Origin: Patescibacteria group bacterium
GTDB lineage: Bacteria; Patescibacteriota; Microgenomatia; Levybacterales; GWA1-39-11
DNA: 64,000 nt
Reading direction: 5' to 3'
NCBI GenBank assembly: GCA_035549295.1
Contig: DASZRG010000021.1
Location: 2,596-66,595, forward strand
A program made the position numbers and the translations under genes. Numbering within the stretch: the stretch's first letter is position 1; each line of letters begins with the position of its first letter. The notes below the pieces were generated by a model that did not search any database, was not told the DNA's origin, and was given only the letters and a program-made list of their open reading frames with translations. Positions 56,875 through 64,000 of this stretch are shown here, one piece after another.

Positions 56875-56910
56875 CAATGAAGCGGAATTGAACCGTTTGT
56901 TTTCCTGAAA
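56875..56910. promoter_or_regulatory. Conserved ~35-nt hairpin box gcggaattgaaccgtttgttttcctgaaaaggaac (copy 1)
   Basis: Near-identical copy at ~61762-61796, both just upstream (minus sense) of a gene RBS. The minus-sense fold is aaacgg-ttcaatt-ccgttt followed by a T-run. Confidence 0.45.
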
Positions 56911-56929
56911 AGGAACAGCATAGCAACAA

Positions 56930-57010
56930 TTAGTGAATCAGGAAGCAAGAATCATGAATCAAGGAATTAGCTTTTGATACCCTTGATACCTTTGATACTT
57001 CTGATACTTT
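56930..57010. repeat. Mixed heptamer arrays (AATCA[AG]G then GTATCAA reverse-complement)
   Basis: aatcaggaagcaagaatcatgaatcaaggaattagc ttttgatacccttgatacctttgatacttctgatac. Confidence 0.75.
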
Positions 57011-57044
57011 TCTAAATTGCGACCACGATGTTCCTCTCCAGGTG

Positions 57045-57460
57045 TCTCGAAATAGATTTTCAAGGTGCGAAGCACCGCAGACCCTGAGCGACTTCGCCAA
57101 AGGCGAGGAGTCGAACGGGTCAAAGTGCTTATCTAGTAACCAGCGTCTAGAAGCTAGCTTTTAGCGTCTAGTTAACTGATTAACTAAATTTATCGTTGAA
57201 TAATCAACGAATAGATGAGTAGAAGAGATTCTGAAACTAGTTCAGAATGACAAGCTTTCTACACATTCATTTATTGATTTATATTTGTTCCGGAAGGTAG
57301 TTTTCAGCATAGTGCTGAGCTTTCCTTCCGGAACGGTTCCTCCTTTCAGAGGGTCTTCCACCTCAAATGGTCTGGTTCGCGGCTTATGCGAACTGTTCCA
57401 CTTTTGGTGGTGGCTCCGCATTGACTTGCGTCATGCGGAGTAAACGAGATAGTCCTTCGG
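57045..57460. repeat. G element copy 2 (left TIR tctcgaaatag; covariant hairpin gttccggaagg...ccttccggaac; right end diverged)
   Basis: Shares the head tctcgaaatagattttcaa with G4, the box cgttgaataatcaacgaatagatg with G1, and the tail cctcctttcagaggg.cttccacct...ttttggtgg with G4. The central hairpin keeps the loop (agcatag.gctg) but has a different stem from G1/G3/G4. Confidence 0.75.
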
Positions 57461-57478
57461 CAGGCTCAGGATCTGCGA

Positions 57479-57946
57479 TCAGTGGGGGCTGACGATGATG
57501 TACCAGCCGAGAATGACTACAGCGCCGACGGTGATCGTCAGCACAATGCGTCCCCAGAGGGACATATTTATGAGAGATCGCTTGACGAACTTGATGCCGA
57601 GCAGTGTATGCCAGGCGACGACCGCGACGACCACCACGACTATGAACAAAAGTCCACAGGTGATGAAAGCGATGCTAAATAGTGTGTTGCCGAGAGCTCC
57701 CACGATATCGTGTCGAATCTCGTTGAGAAGGCCGACGAAGATTTCTTCCGGTGACTGTTGGGTCTCCTGCCCGTCGTATCTCGCAGCTACAGATACGATA
57801 ACGAACGCCAACAGGCCGCCGCTGAAACCAACGGGGAGCGCTATGACAAAGGGTAGTTCATGGATGCTGGTTGCGACCACCAGCACACCGAAAAACCCAG
57901 CCATGAATTTGGGCAATATTGAGTGCATCGAGTTCCAAACTCGCAT
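57479..57946 (-). CDS. Polytopic small membrane protein (~155 aa)
   Basis: Internal ATG at 57946 preceded by AAAGGAGG 5 nt upstream. The track ORF begins at GTG 57976. 4 TM helices. Confidence 0.5.
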   Translation of the reverse strand: MRVWNSMHSILPKFMAGFFGVLVVATSIHELPFVIALPVGFSGGLLAFVIVSVAARYDGQETQQSPEEIFVGLLNEIRHDIVGALGNTLFSIAFITCGLLFIVVVVVAVVAWHTLLGIKFVKRSLINMSLWGRIVLTITVGAVVILGWYIIVSPH

Positions 57947-57956
57947 GATACCTCCT

Positions 57957-58151
57957 TTAGTCCGATTTGCGACCACGCATGAGCGTGAACATCACTGCGA
58001 AGACCAGGGCAAAGTTTATGAAATTCTCAGCCCTTTCTTCGAATTCTGACTTGTGCGGGTTGAGTTGAGCTTGGAGTTGAGCTTGAAGCTTCTCCTCTGT
58101 CTCACCAAGCCAAGTCAGACCACGGCAGATGTTTTTGACGAGTTTGATCAC
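57957..58151 (-). CDS. Small protein (64 aa) with C-terminal TM helix
   Basis: GTG start with AAGGAGG RBS. FALVFAVMFTLM. Confidence 0.45.
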   Translation of the reverse strand: MIKLVKNICRGLTWLGETEEKLQAQLQAQLNPHKSEFEERAENFINFALVFAVMFTLMRGRKSD

Positions 58152-58174
58152 GTGTTACATCCTCCTTGCGTGGG

Positions 58175-58546
58175 TTAGATGTGTGACGTAGCCCAGACGA
58201 TTGCGAGTGTGCCTAGGGCGATCAAGACGATGGCCGATATGGAAATGAGCCCTACGGCAACTGCTACTGCGCGGTCGCCGAAAGTCTCGAGGAGCGCTAG
58301 TCGAGCCTCGTTGATAAGGCCGGAAAAGCTCTCGTTTACACGATCTGAGTCGAACGATCGGCCAGCACCGATCAGGAAATCCCGAATCAGGCTGGTCACA
58401 ATGAAGGATGCGACTAGGCACGCCCAAACTGGTAGGCCACTTGTGAGGGTAACGACAAATATCGTAACCCAACATAGGATGGCGATGAAGTTCTCCAAGA
58501 GCTCGTTTGCCAAACTGTTGACTATGCGCTGTAAAAGGTTGAGCAC
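58175..58546 (-). CDS. Small membrane protein (123 aa, 3 TM)
   Basis: GTG with AGGAGG RBS. Chosen over the overlapping-frame ORF 58155..58475. Confidence 0.5.
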   Translation of the reverse strand: MLNLLQRIVNSLANELLENFIAILCWVTIFVVTLTSGLPVWACLVASFIVTSLIRDFLIGAGRSFDSDRVNESFSGLINEARLALLETFGDRAVAVAVGLISISAIVLIALGTLAIVWATSHI

Positions 58547-58556
58547 GTGGTGCCTC

Positions 58557-59354
58557 CTAGGTGCGCGGGAACATGGTTCCAGGATGGCTTTCGAACGTAG
58601 TTCGTACCATCTGGGTTAGTTCCTGCGGCTCTCCGACGAAGGCGTTTGCGTCGACGAAAACTCCGTCGATGCTTGTTCCGACGATGAACGGGAAGAGGTT
58701 ATAGTTGCTGATGCTCTCCCGTCCGCGGTGGTAGATGATCCGGATCTTGCTGGCTACCCCAGGTTGGACTTCTTCGATCTTCTCCCTGATAAAGCGAGCT
58801 AGGTATATTGCTCTGAGCACTTTCCACCGGCTTGAACCGAGGAGCACGAATGTCGTGTTCTCTGGGATCGTGACGCCGTCAAGCACCATTTTCAGCTGTG
58901 AGCTGATGATTTGATCATCATCAGTGAGAAACGAGTTTTCACCCGGTCCTACGCAGATGATGGGCGCGACGCCGTAGTCCTGGGCTTGGAGAGTTAGCTT
59001 CTGCAAGCTAGTGCTGTCGAAGCTTGGGCGAAGACGCGCCTGGGGCGAACCGAGAATGGCTCGTGCGTTGTATTCGCGCATCATCTCTCCAGGCACACCT
59101 GTGATAGGACCCGATGTCCAGTGGTCGGTGATGTTGACGGCGATGCCAGGCAACAATCCGCCGATCGTCGTCTGTGCGATCAGCTGACTTGTGTCGCGGA
59201 TCAAGTACTGCGGGACGCAGAAGAGAAGTTCCACTGCGAGTTCGTGCGCATCCCGAACGACTGGCGAGACGTTTTGCAAAAGCGTTCTCTCGCTGCAGTC
59301 ATCGGGTAGATTCGCGATGATCAAGGGCATGCGGTTTACGATATTAGCTGTCAT
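58557..59354 (-). CDS. Hypothetical cytoplasmic protein (265 aa), largest gene of the array
   Basis: ATG with AGGAG RBS. Contains APIICVGPGENSF. No family assigned. Confidence 0.5.
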   Translation of the reverse strand: MTANIVNRMPLIIANLPDDCSERTLLQNVSPVVRDAHELAVELLFCVPQYLIRDTSQLIAQTTIGGLLPGIAVNITDHWTSGPITGVPGEMMREYNARAILGSPQARLRPSFDSTSLQKLTLQAQDYGVAPIICVGPGENSFLTDDDQIISSQLKMVLDGVTIPENTTFVLLGSSRWKVLRAIYLARFIREKIEEVQPGVASKIRIIYHRGRESISNYNLFPFIVGTSIDGVFVDANAFVGEPQELTQMVRTTFESHPGTMFPRT

Positions 59355-59377
59355 TTCGGTTCTCCTGAGACCCTAAT

Positions 59378-59569
59378 TTAAGGGATGTTGTGTTTGGGTT
59401 GTTGGTCCACGAGGCCGTATCTTGCCTCGAGCAAGATTCTGACAAGCCATTCAGGCTTGTCGAATTGCTTCGCGGCATGCTGGACGAGGTGTTCAAACCT
59501 CTCCTCAAACGTTTCGTTGTTCGTCGCTGCCTCGGTAGGCTTCACGGGTGCTGTGCTACAGTTTGTCAT
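59378..59569 (-). CDS. Small hypothetical protein (63 aa)
   Basis: ATGA overlap with the upstream gene stop. RBS AGAGAGG. Confidence 0.4.
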   Translation of the reverse strand: MTNCSTAPVKPTEAATNNETFEERFEHLVQHAAKQFDKPEWLVRILLEARYGLVDQQPKHNIP

Positions 59570-59823
59570 CTTGCTGCCTCTCTGTACTGGGATTCGAAAC
59601 CCCAGCGGATTACTTTCCGGCCTTCAACTTCGAGAACGAGTTTCTCGTCAGTGTCAGGTGGTCCAACAGACATTTCTGTCCAGGCCAGTCCGTTTTCTCC
59701 AGATCCGAAAAGTTTGCCTAATTTTGGATCGAAGCAGAGGCTTTCGAGTGTAAAGTCGAGTTTGACAATTCCAGTTTCCCGTGAGATCCAAGTTACTGTG
59801 CCATGTTTGAGATTTGACATCAT
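59566..59823 (-). CDS. Small hypothetical protein (85 aa)
   Basis: RBS AAAGGGTGA. First gene after G3. Confidence 0.45.
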   Translation of the reverse strand: MMSNLKHGTVTWISRETGIVKLDFTLESLCFDPKLGKLFGSGENGLAWTEMSVGPPDTDEKLVLEVEGRKVIRWGFESQYREAAR

Positions 59824-59960
59824 GATAAATTGATCACCCTTTCAGCGCTATACGCTTGAACTAAAGTGCCAGCTTCCAGATGAGAAGCGTTGTACTCCGA
59901 ACCTGTCATTCGAAGCACAAAGCTTCCCACCGGAAGACTGTGATTCCTTTATCTTTATAA

Positions 59961-60297
59961 CTATCTCGAATTGTCAAAGAGCAAATGGTTCTTAGCTTTT
60001 AGCTCTTGGCAGTTAGTTTATGCAAAACAAACTAAAGCCAAATGCTTATGACTAAAAACCTCGTGTAATATCATTCTGAAAAAAGCGATAGAGTAAGATT
60101 CTTCACTTCGTTCAGAATGACATTAGTGTTTTTTTGATCCCGGAAAGAGTAGTGCACAGCATAGCTGGCAGTAATCCATCCGGGATCGATATTTTCTTCC
60201 ACCTTCGCGTGAAGCTTCGGTGGATAAGCCACAGAGTGGGTATTGACCGCGGCTTTCGCGAACTGTACCACAGAGTGGGCTAGTGTCTATTTCGAGA
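59961..60297. repeat. G element copy 3 (shortest; lacks nested MITE; TIRs ctatctcgaattg / ctatttcgagaag)
   Basis: Head agagcaaatgg.tcttagcttttagctcttggca.ttagtttatgcaaaacaaactaaa is ~90% identical to G4, and the same hairpins follow. Confidence 0.8.
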
Positions 60298-60305
60298 AGT
60301 ATGGC

Positions 60306-60492
60306 TTAGAAAGCGTTCAGCATTGCTTCGAGTAGCGAAAAACCTCCTCCCATTATTGCTAAGGTGCCGATGACGGCCAGTAGGACTCCATGCTTGCTGC
60401 GCTTCAGCTGGACCCAGCAGTATACTGAAAGTGCCAGCAGAAATAGTCCTGCAACAAGCAGAGAGATGACAGTTAAGTTCATGTCGATTCGC
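60306..60492 (-). CDS. Candidate small hydrophobic protein (~58 aa; not in ORF track)
   Basis: Manual translation MNLTVISLLVAGLFLLALSVYCWVQLKRSKHGVLLAVIGTLAIMGGGFSLLEAMLNAF. The stop lies ~8 bp from the G3 right TIR. Preferred over overlapping track ORF 60280..60579. Coordinates +/-5. Confidence 0.3.
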
Positions 60493-60499
60493 TGCCGGA

Positions 60500-60886
60500 C
60501 TAGTGCTCGACGGCGAAGGTGACCTCAAAGTAGTGGTCATCGCCGTCCATGTCACGGATGGTAACCTTGTCACCATCAAACACGAACGAAGGCACGAGGC
60601 CTTCGCGGTAGTAGTCAGTGTCCTGGAAGCAGTACATGCCCTCTGTATATCGAATGCAGAGGGTCGCGTAGTCCTGCAAGTTGCGGGCTTCGGCAGTAAT
60701 GCCGGATCCGATGAGGCGTTGGCCGTTGAGAACGGTCGTCAAAGTCGGCTCATCGGTTTGATCGTTGAACCACTTGCGCTCGCGGACGCTAAAGGTGACT
60801 TTGTTGCCACCCAGTAACGCGCGCATTTCGCTGCAGAGGTCCAAAGCCGAATTACGCCAAAGACCGATTCCGTTTTGAGTTGTCAT
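60500..60886 (-). CDS. Small cytoplasmic protein, paralog family (MTTQN N-terminus; C-terminal FVFDGDKVTI motif)
   Basis: Conserved leader cagcctgaggaggactgaa-ATGacaactcaaaacgg. Paralogous to 61365..61727 and 56085..56435. Confidence 0.5.
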   Translation of the reverse strand: MTTQNGIGLWRNSALDLCSEMRALLGGNKVTFSVRERKWFNDQTDEPTLTTVLNGQRLIGSGITAEARNLQDYATLCIRYTEGMYCFQDTDYYREGLVPSFVFDGDKVTIRDMDGDDHYFEVTFAVEH

Positions 60887-60914
60887 TTCAGTCCTCCTCA
60901 GGCTGTTGAACTAG

Positions 60915-61334
60915 TTAGATGTCGAGTTTGGTCATCGGTTCACCAAGGATTTCGAAGTCCTTGGCGGGGACGGGGTCAAAGCTTTCGTCCCACTTTCTGT
61001 TCCTGAATCTGACCCGCGTGCCAATTGGTATATTGGTTGCGAGTGTCGAGTCAGTCTTGTATCGATGTTTGTCACCGGTTATCGTGAAGATATTCTCAAG
61101 CCAGACGTTGTCCGGCTCAGATAAGATCGATGCGATTATCCCGGTTTTCGTGGTCGTGGGTGGTTTTAGGAGTTTGCTTATGACGCCAATCACGAAGCAT
61201 ACTCCAATCGCCGGCCAAATGATCACATTGAAGATTTTAAAGGGTATGATCCCAAAAATATCTAGAATTATGATTATCCAGAACGGCAGTGTGAACCAGA
61301 AGCCGCGAACCGTGCGGAATATTTTGTTAGCCAT
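60915..61334 (-). CDS. N-terminally membrane-embedded protein (139 aa)
   Basis: RBS AGGAGG inside a cagtcctcctg-type leader. Two TM helices then a soluble domain. Confidence 0.5.
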   Translation of the reverse strand: MANKIFRTVRGFWFTLPFWIIIILDIFGIIPFKIFNVIIWPAIGVCFVIGVISKLLKPPTTTKTGIIASILSEPDNVWLENIFTITGDKHRYKTDSTLATNIPIGTRVRFRNRKWDESFDPVPAKDFEILGEPMTKLDI

Positions 61335-61364
61335 TTTGACCTCAGTCCTCCTGCGTTGTGCTGG

Positions 61365-61727
61365 CTAGTCTTCGATTGCGAAGATGGCCTGCGCGAGATA
61401 TCCGTGCTCGAAGTATTGAACTGTGACACGGTCGTCCTCGAAGATAAAACGAGGAAGGCCGTTTCCTCTCCACTTGTCGTTGATTTCCCAGTCGCCTTCG
61501 TTGAAATGAACCGTGATTTGTTCGCCGCCCGCGACGTCAGTCTCGGATGCCGATCGATATGTGACTTTTGGTTCGGTCAAATACCTTTTGACCTGCAGCG
61601 TGAGGGTCGACCTAAAGTTTGCGATTTGTACTTGCTTCGCGTACGTGAACTTGTGGTCCGTTAGTAGATCTATGAGATCTTTGACGATCTCAGGCGTCGT
61701 GTCGTGCGTGAATTCGATTGTCTTCAT
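61365..61727 (-). CDS. Small cytoplasmic protein, paralog family (C-terminal RFIFEDDRVTVQYF)
   Basis: RBS AAGGAG, preceded by a terminator-like copy of the 35-nt hairpin box. Confidence 0.5.
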   Translation of the reverse strand: MKTIEFTHDTTPEIVKDLIDLLTDHKFTYAKQVQIANFRSTLTLQVKRYLTEPKVTYRSASETDVAGGEQITVHFNEGDWEINDKWRGNGLPRFIFEDDRVTVQYFEHGYLAQAIFAIED

Positions 61728-61761
61728 TCCAGTTACTCCTTGCTAGTTTGCCTGCCAATAA

Positions 61762-61796
61762 AAACGGAATTGAACCGTTTGTTTTCCTGAAAAGGA
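61762..61796. promoter_or_regulatory. Conserved ~35-nt hairpin box (copy 2)
   Basis: aaaaacggaattgaaccgtttgttttcctgaaaaggaac. Minus sense reads aaacgg-ttcaatt-ccgttttt then RBS aaggag. Confidence 0.45.
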
Positions 61797-61938
61797 ACCT
61801 GCCGGGGGCAACAGTTAACAAGTTAACAAAGTAACAAATTAACCTTACCCACGAGAAGTTCCTCTTCAGGATTCCAACCCCACCTCAGTCCTCCCCTAAA
61901 ATAGGAGAAGAAGACCAAGGTTTTTGGTTATATATATT

Positions 61939-62397
61939 GTCTCGAAATAGATTTTCAAAGAGCAAATGGCTTTTAGCTTTTAGCTCTTGGCACTTAGTTT
62001 ATGCAAAACAAACTAAAACCAATACTTTGGCTAAAAACCTCTCATGTAATATCATTCTGAAAAAAGCAAAGATTCTTCACTTCGTTCAGAATGACATTAT
62101 TTCTTTAGTTTTTCGTTGAACGGTAACGATGCCCGTTTCGTCATTCGGTTACGTTTACCGTAAAACTTAAAACGATACTGGCTTCATAACCTTTTAACGA
62201 TTAACGAAAAAGTATATTTGATCCCGGAAAGAGTAGTGCACAGCAGAGCTGGCATGTTCCCAATCCGGGATCTGTTGTTCCTCCTTTCAGAGGGGTTTCC
62301 ACCTAGTGGATCCACTCACGCTGTGTGAGGTTCACCATTTTGGTGGTCCCGCCTTCATCCCACAAAGGGATTTCGGCGAGGTAAACTATTTCGAGAC
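61939..62397. repeat. G element copy 4 (complete: 12-bp TIRs gtctcgaaatag / ctatttcgagac; contains nested MITE at 62112-62208)
   Basis: All modules present. Ends 2 bp before the stop of 62400..62783. Confidence 0.85.
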
Positions 62398-62399
62398 GG

Positions 62400-62783
62400 T
62401 TAGGCGACGGGAGTCGGGACTGCGGCAGCAGCAGCTTTGGCCTGCGCCTCTGCTTCTGCTTCGTAGACCTCCTCGACGTCGATGAGCCAGAGACCGGTCT
62501 CCCGGATCTCGACTACGTCGAACTCATGCCGAGCGAACCGGATCCTGGCTACCAAGTCCTCGTAGGACTCGGAGCCAATGTAATACCAGATCTCGTCATG
62601 AGTCATCCAGCGTTCGATGCCAGGAGCCTTGTCATCACTCTTGGAATGAACCCAGGCGATGTAGACGCAGTTCTCCGACGGGGGAGGGAGTTCCTCTGTC
62701 GGTAGACCGGTGGCTACATGTCGACTCGAGTGAAGCATGCTGAGAACATACACTGGAGTTTTAACTGTGTGTTGGGTGGTCAT
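62400..62783 (-). CDS. Hypothetical protein (127 aa), cassette-terminal 'MTTQ' gene with Ala/Glu-rich tail
   Basis: MTTQHTV N-terminus, EAEAEAQAKAAAAA tail. Confidence 0.5.
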   Translation of the reverse strand: MTTQHTVKTPVYVLSMLHSSRHVATGLPTEELPPPSENCVYIAWVHSKSDDKAPGIERWMTHDEIWYYIGSESYEDLVARIRFARHEFDVVEIRETGLWLIDVEEVYEAEAEAQAKAAAAAVPTPVA

Positions 62784-62927
62784 GGAGCTAGCCCTTTCTG
62801 GCCTGAAATTCCGCGCGGCGGGATCAAATTGAAGTCCGACTTCTCAAAGAGAGAAGTCAACGAGCATTAGTTGTCCTCCTGTCTGCTGCGCAGGTGGTTC
62901 TCGCTTGCGTGCGAGTTAGCGCTTCAT

Positions 62928-63096
62928 GAAATGTCGCCGAATGGCGCGATTGTAGATGCGCTCATCGCGTGCTTGCCTGTCCTCAAACTTTTGTGCAGTT
63001 GCCGTGGGCTGATTTTGATTTCTTGCGAAACCCCAAACAGCACAGACAATGACGAGAAAAAGCAATCCAAAAATGATGTACACTTTGCCTCCTCGC
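62928..63096 (-). CDS. Candidate small membrane protein (~56 aa; not in ORF track)
   Basis: Manual translation VYIIFGLLFLVIVCAVWGFARNQNQPTATAQKFEDRQARDERIYNRAIRRHFMKR. GTG preceded by GAGGAGG. Coordinates +/-5. Confidence 0.3.
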
Positions 63097-63126
63097 GGCC
63101 GAAATGATCCGAACCTGTGGGATTCC

Positions 63127-63462
63127 TTAAAGCCGTTCGGTATGCACCTCGACTTTTAGAATCCTCTCGTAGTGAGAGAAGGTGAAAGTCGTCCTGTCTT
63201 CTCCTGTCGCAACGTGCCGGTCCATCACGGCTCGAATGAGCGGAACTGTTATCCCGCCTGGTTTGAAGTAATCGGCGATGAGTGTGAGCGGCAAAACCGC
63301 TTCCAGCACATCCGCCGAATGCTCGGCTATGAGCTCTTGAATGCGGGCCGCCGTAGGGACGTTCTCGGAAATCTGGATGATCTCGATGTCACCATAGATG
63401 CGGTGAAGCTCGTTGATTTGAGCTTCCGTTACCTTGTGGCGAGTGAGTCGCAATATTTTCAT
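63127..63462 (-). CDS. Hypothetical protein (~111 aa)
   Basis: Internal ATG (MKILRLTRHKVTE...) preceded by the conserved acagtctggaggactgag leader. The track ORF 63127..63735 N-terminal extension is rejected. Confidence 0.45.
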   Translation of the reverse strand: MKILRLTRHKVTEAQINELHRIYGDIEIIQISENVPTAARIQELIAEHSADVLEAVLPLTLIADYFKPGGITVPLIRAVMDRHVATGEDRTTFTFSHYERILKVEVHTERL

Positions 63463-63520
63463 CTCAGTCCTCCAGACTGTTGTTAAAGCGCTAGTCGTTG
63501 ACCCGTTTTGGATCTGAGCC

Positions 63521-63925
63521 TTAGCGGCTTTGCTCCCAGGATGGGAAGGGGTTGCTGCACTCCTCCCACTCGTCGTCTGGGTCGTCCTGACCTTTTTTCT
63601 CAAACCATTGTCGGTGAGAGAAGATGTCGTCACTGTCGTGGAAAGGTAGTCCATTGATGTGCCGGAAGGAAGGTATCCTGTATCGGTTGAACGCGTCGTC
63701 CAGGTTGGTTCCCTCCCAGAGAGTCGTGGGCTCATTCATGTTGCCCGCGGCGTCTCCCCGAGAGTCTCGCACCCTGTAAACGGGGCGACTTGCAATGTGC
63801 TCAGCGGCTTTGTCCCAGTGGGATTTGTAGATCCATGGGAAAGCCTTGGGGCGGCCATCACTGTCTTCGCCAAGTTCGTAGGCGACTTCGTCGCCAATCT
63901 CGAGCGTGACTCTGAACTTGGACAT
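63521..63925 (-). CDS. Hypothetical acidic protein (134 aa)
   Basis: ORF with the same codon usage as its neighbours. Trp-rich (WIYKSHWDKAAEH, WEECSNPFPSWEQ). Confidence 0.45.
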   Translation of the reverse strand: MSKFRVTLEIGDEVAYELGEDSDGRPKAFPWIYKSHWDKAAEHIASRPVYRVRDSRGDAAGNMNEPTTLWEGTNLDDAFNRYRIPSFRHINGLPFHDSDDIFSHRQWFEKKGQDDPDDEWEECSNPFPSWEQSR

Positions 63926-64000
63926 TCTTTGTCCTCGATCAAACTTGGGCTCATCGCCGTTTCTGTTTACCTGAAATGCGTCTCCGTAGTAACAAAAAAG

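Noticed and set aside
56875-56910. tRNA or tRNA fragment (GGTTCAATTCC T-loop-like sequence)
   Set aside because: No acceptor, D or anticodon arms can be formed around it. It is better explained as a small terminator-like hairpin.
60280-60579. 99-aa minus-strand track ORF
   Set aside because: It overlaps the 3' end of the RBS-supported gene 60500-60886 in another frame. A shorter hydrophobic ORF (about 60306-60492) fits the gap better.
63463-63735. N-terminal 91-aa extension of track ORF 63127..63735
   Set aside because: An internal ATG at 63462 is preceded by the conserved acagtctggaggactgag leader. The extension is Ser/Thr-rich low complexity and overlaps gene 63521-63925.
52166-64000. Classical integron cassette array
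   Set aside because: No IntI-like integrase, attI or Pc in the window. The inter-cassette repeats are 340-460 bp with TIRs rather than 60-140-bp attC sites. Kept as an analogy only.

Overview
The first ~46 kb is AT-rich (~38-40% GC) and most resembles a small-genome CPR/Patescibacteria bacterium, a low-confidence inference from gene content. It carries recognisable housekeeping genes: pth, gpmA, eno, pyk, radA, a yacL-like PIN/TRAM gene, a short S1-domain protein, an RmlC-like cupin, GT2 glycosyltransferases and an MsbA-like ABC exporter. Four accessory regions sit among them.

(1) ~1-15 kb holds a RiPP-like biosynthetic locus. It has a YcaO cyclodehydratase, a SagB-type dehydrogenase and two tandemly duplicated Gly/Cys/Ser-rich precursor peptides that resemble microcin B17. 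A PqqD-like RRE, an HprK-related P-loop kinase and a nucleotidyltransferase form a triad, the last fused to an S24/S26-like peptidase. A sulfatase-family protein, an ASST-like beta-propeller, three paralogous secreted GxWxGxW proteins, an ABC exporter and a Crp-type regulator complete the locus.

(2) 22-32 kb is a six-gene operon of large acidic paralogous hypothetical proteins.

(3) 46.5-50.2 kb is a high-GC (~60%) island with Shine-Dalgarno sites and GTG starts. It encodes Pro-rich secreted, lipoprotein and membrane proteins that share a domain.

(4) 52-64 kb is a moderately GC-rich array of about 25 small minus-strand genes, many with signal peptides, transmembrane segments or paralogy. Four copies of a previously unnoticed ~340-460 bp modular non-coding element (G1-G4) punctuate the array. 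Each has terminal inverted repeats and compensatory-mutation hairpins, and two carry a nested ~96 bp MITE-like insert. The genes also share a conserved RBS-in-hairpin leader motif.

Short repeat families pervade the whole window. These are heptanucleotide tandem arrays (A[CT]TAGAT, AATCA[ATG]G, GTATCAA, CCAAAAG), some inserted in frame inside pth, radA and a large membrane protein, and large 'aataagcaaa' palindromes. Two four-helix-bundle (23S-IVS/Avd-like) protein genes are each bracketed by inverted heptamer arrays. No rRNA, tRNA, CRISPR array, integrase, transposase or reverse transcriptase was recognised by eye. Many coordinates taken outside the ORF track are approximate (+/- a few bp).
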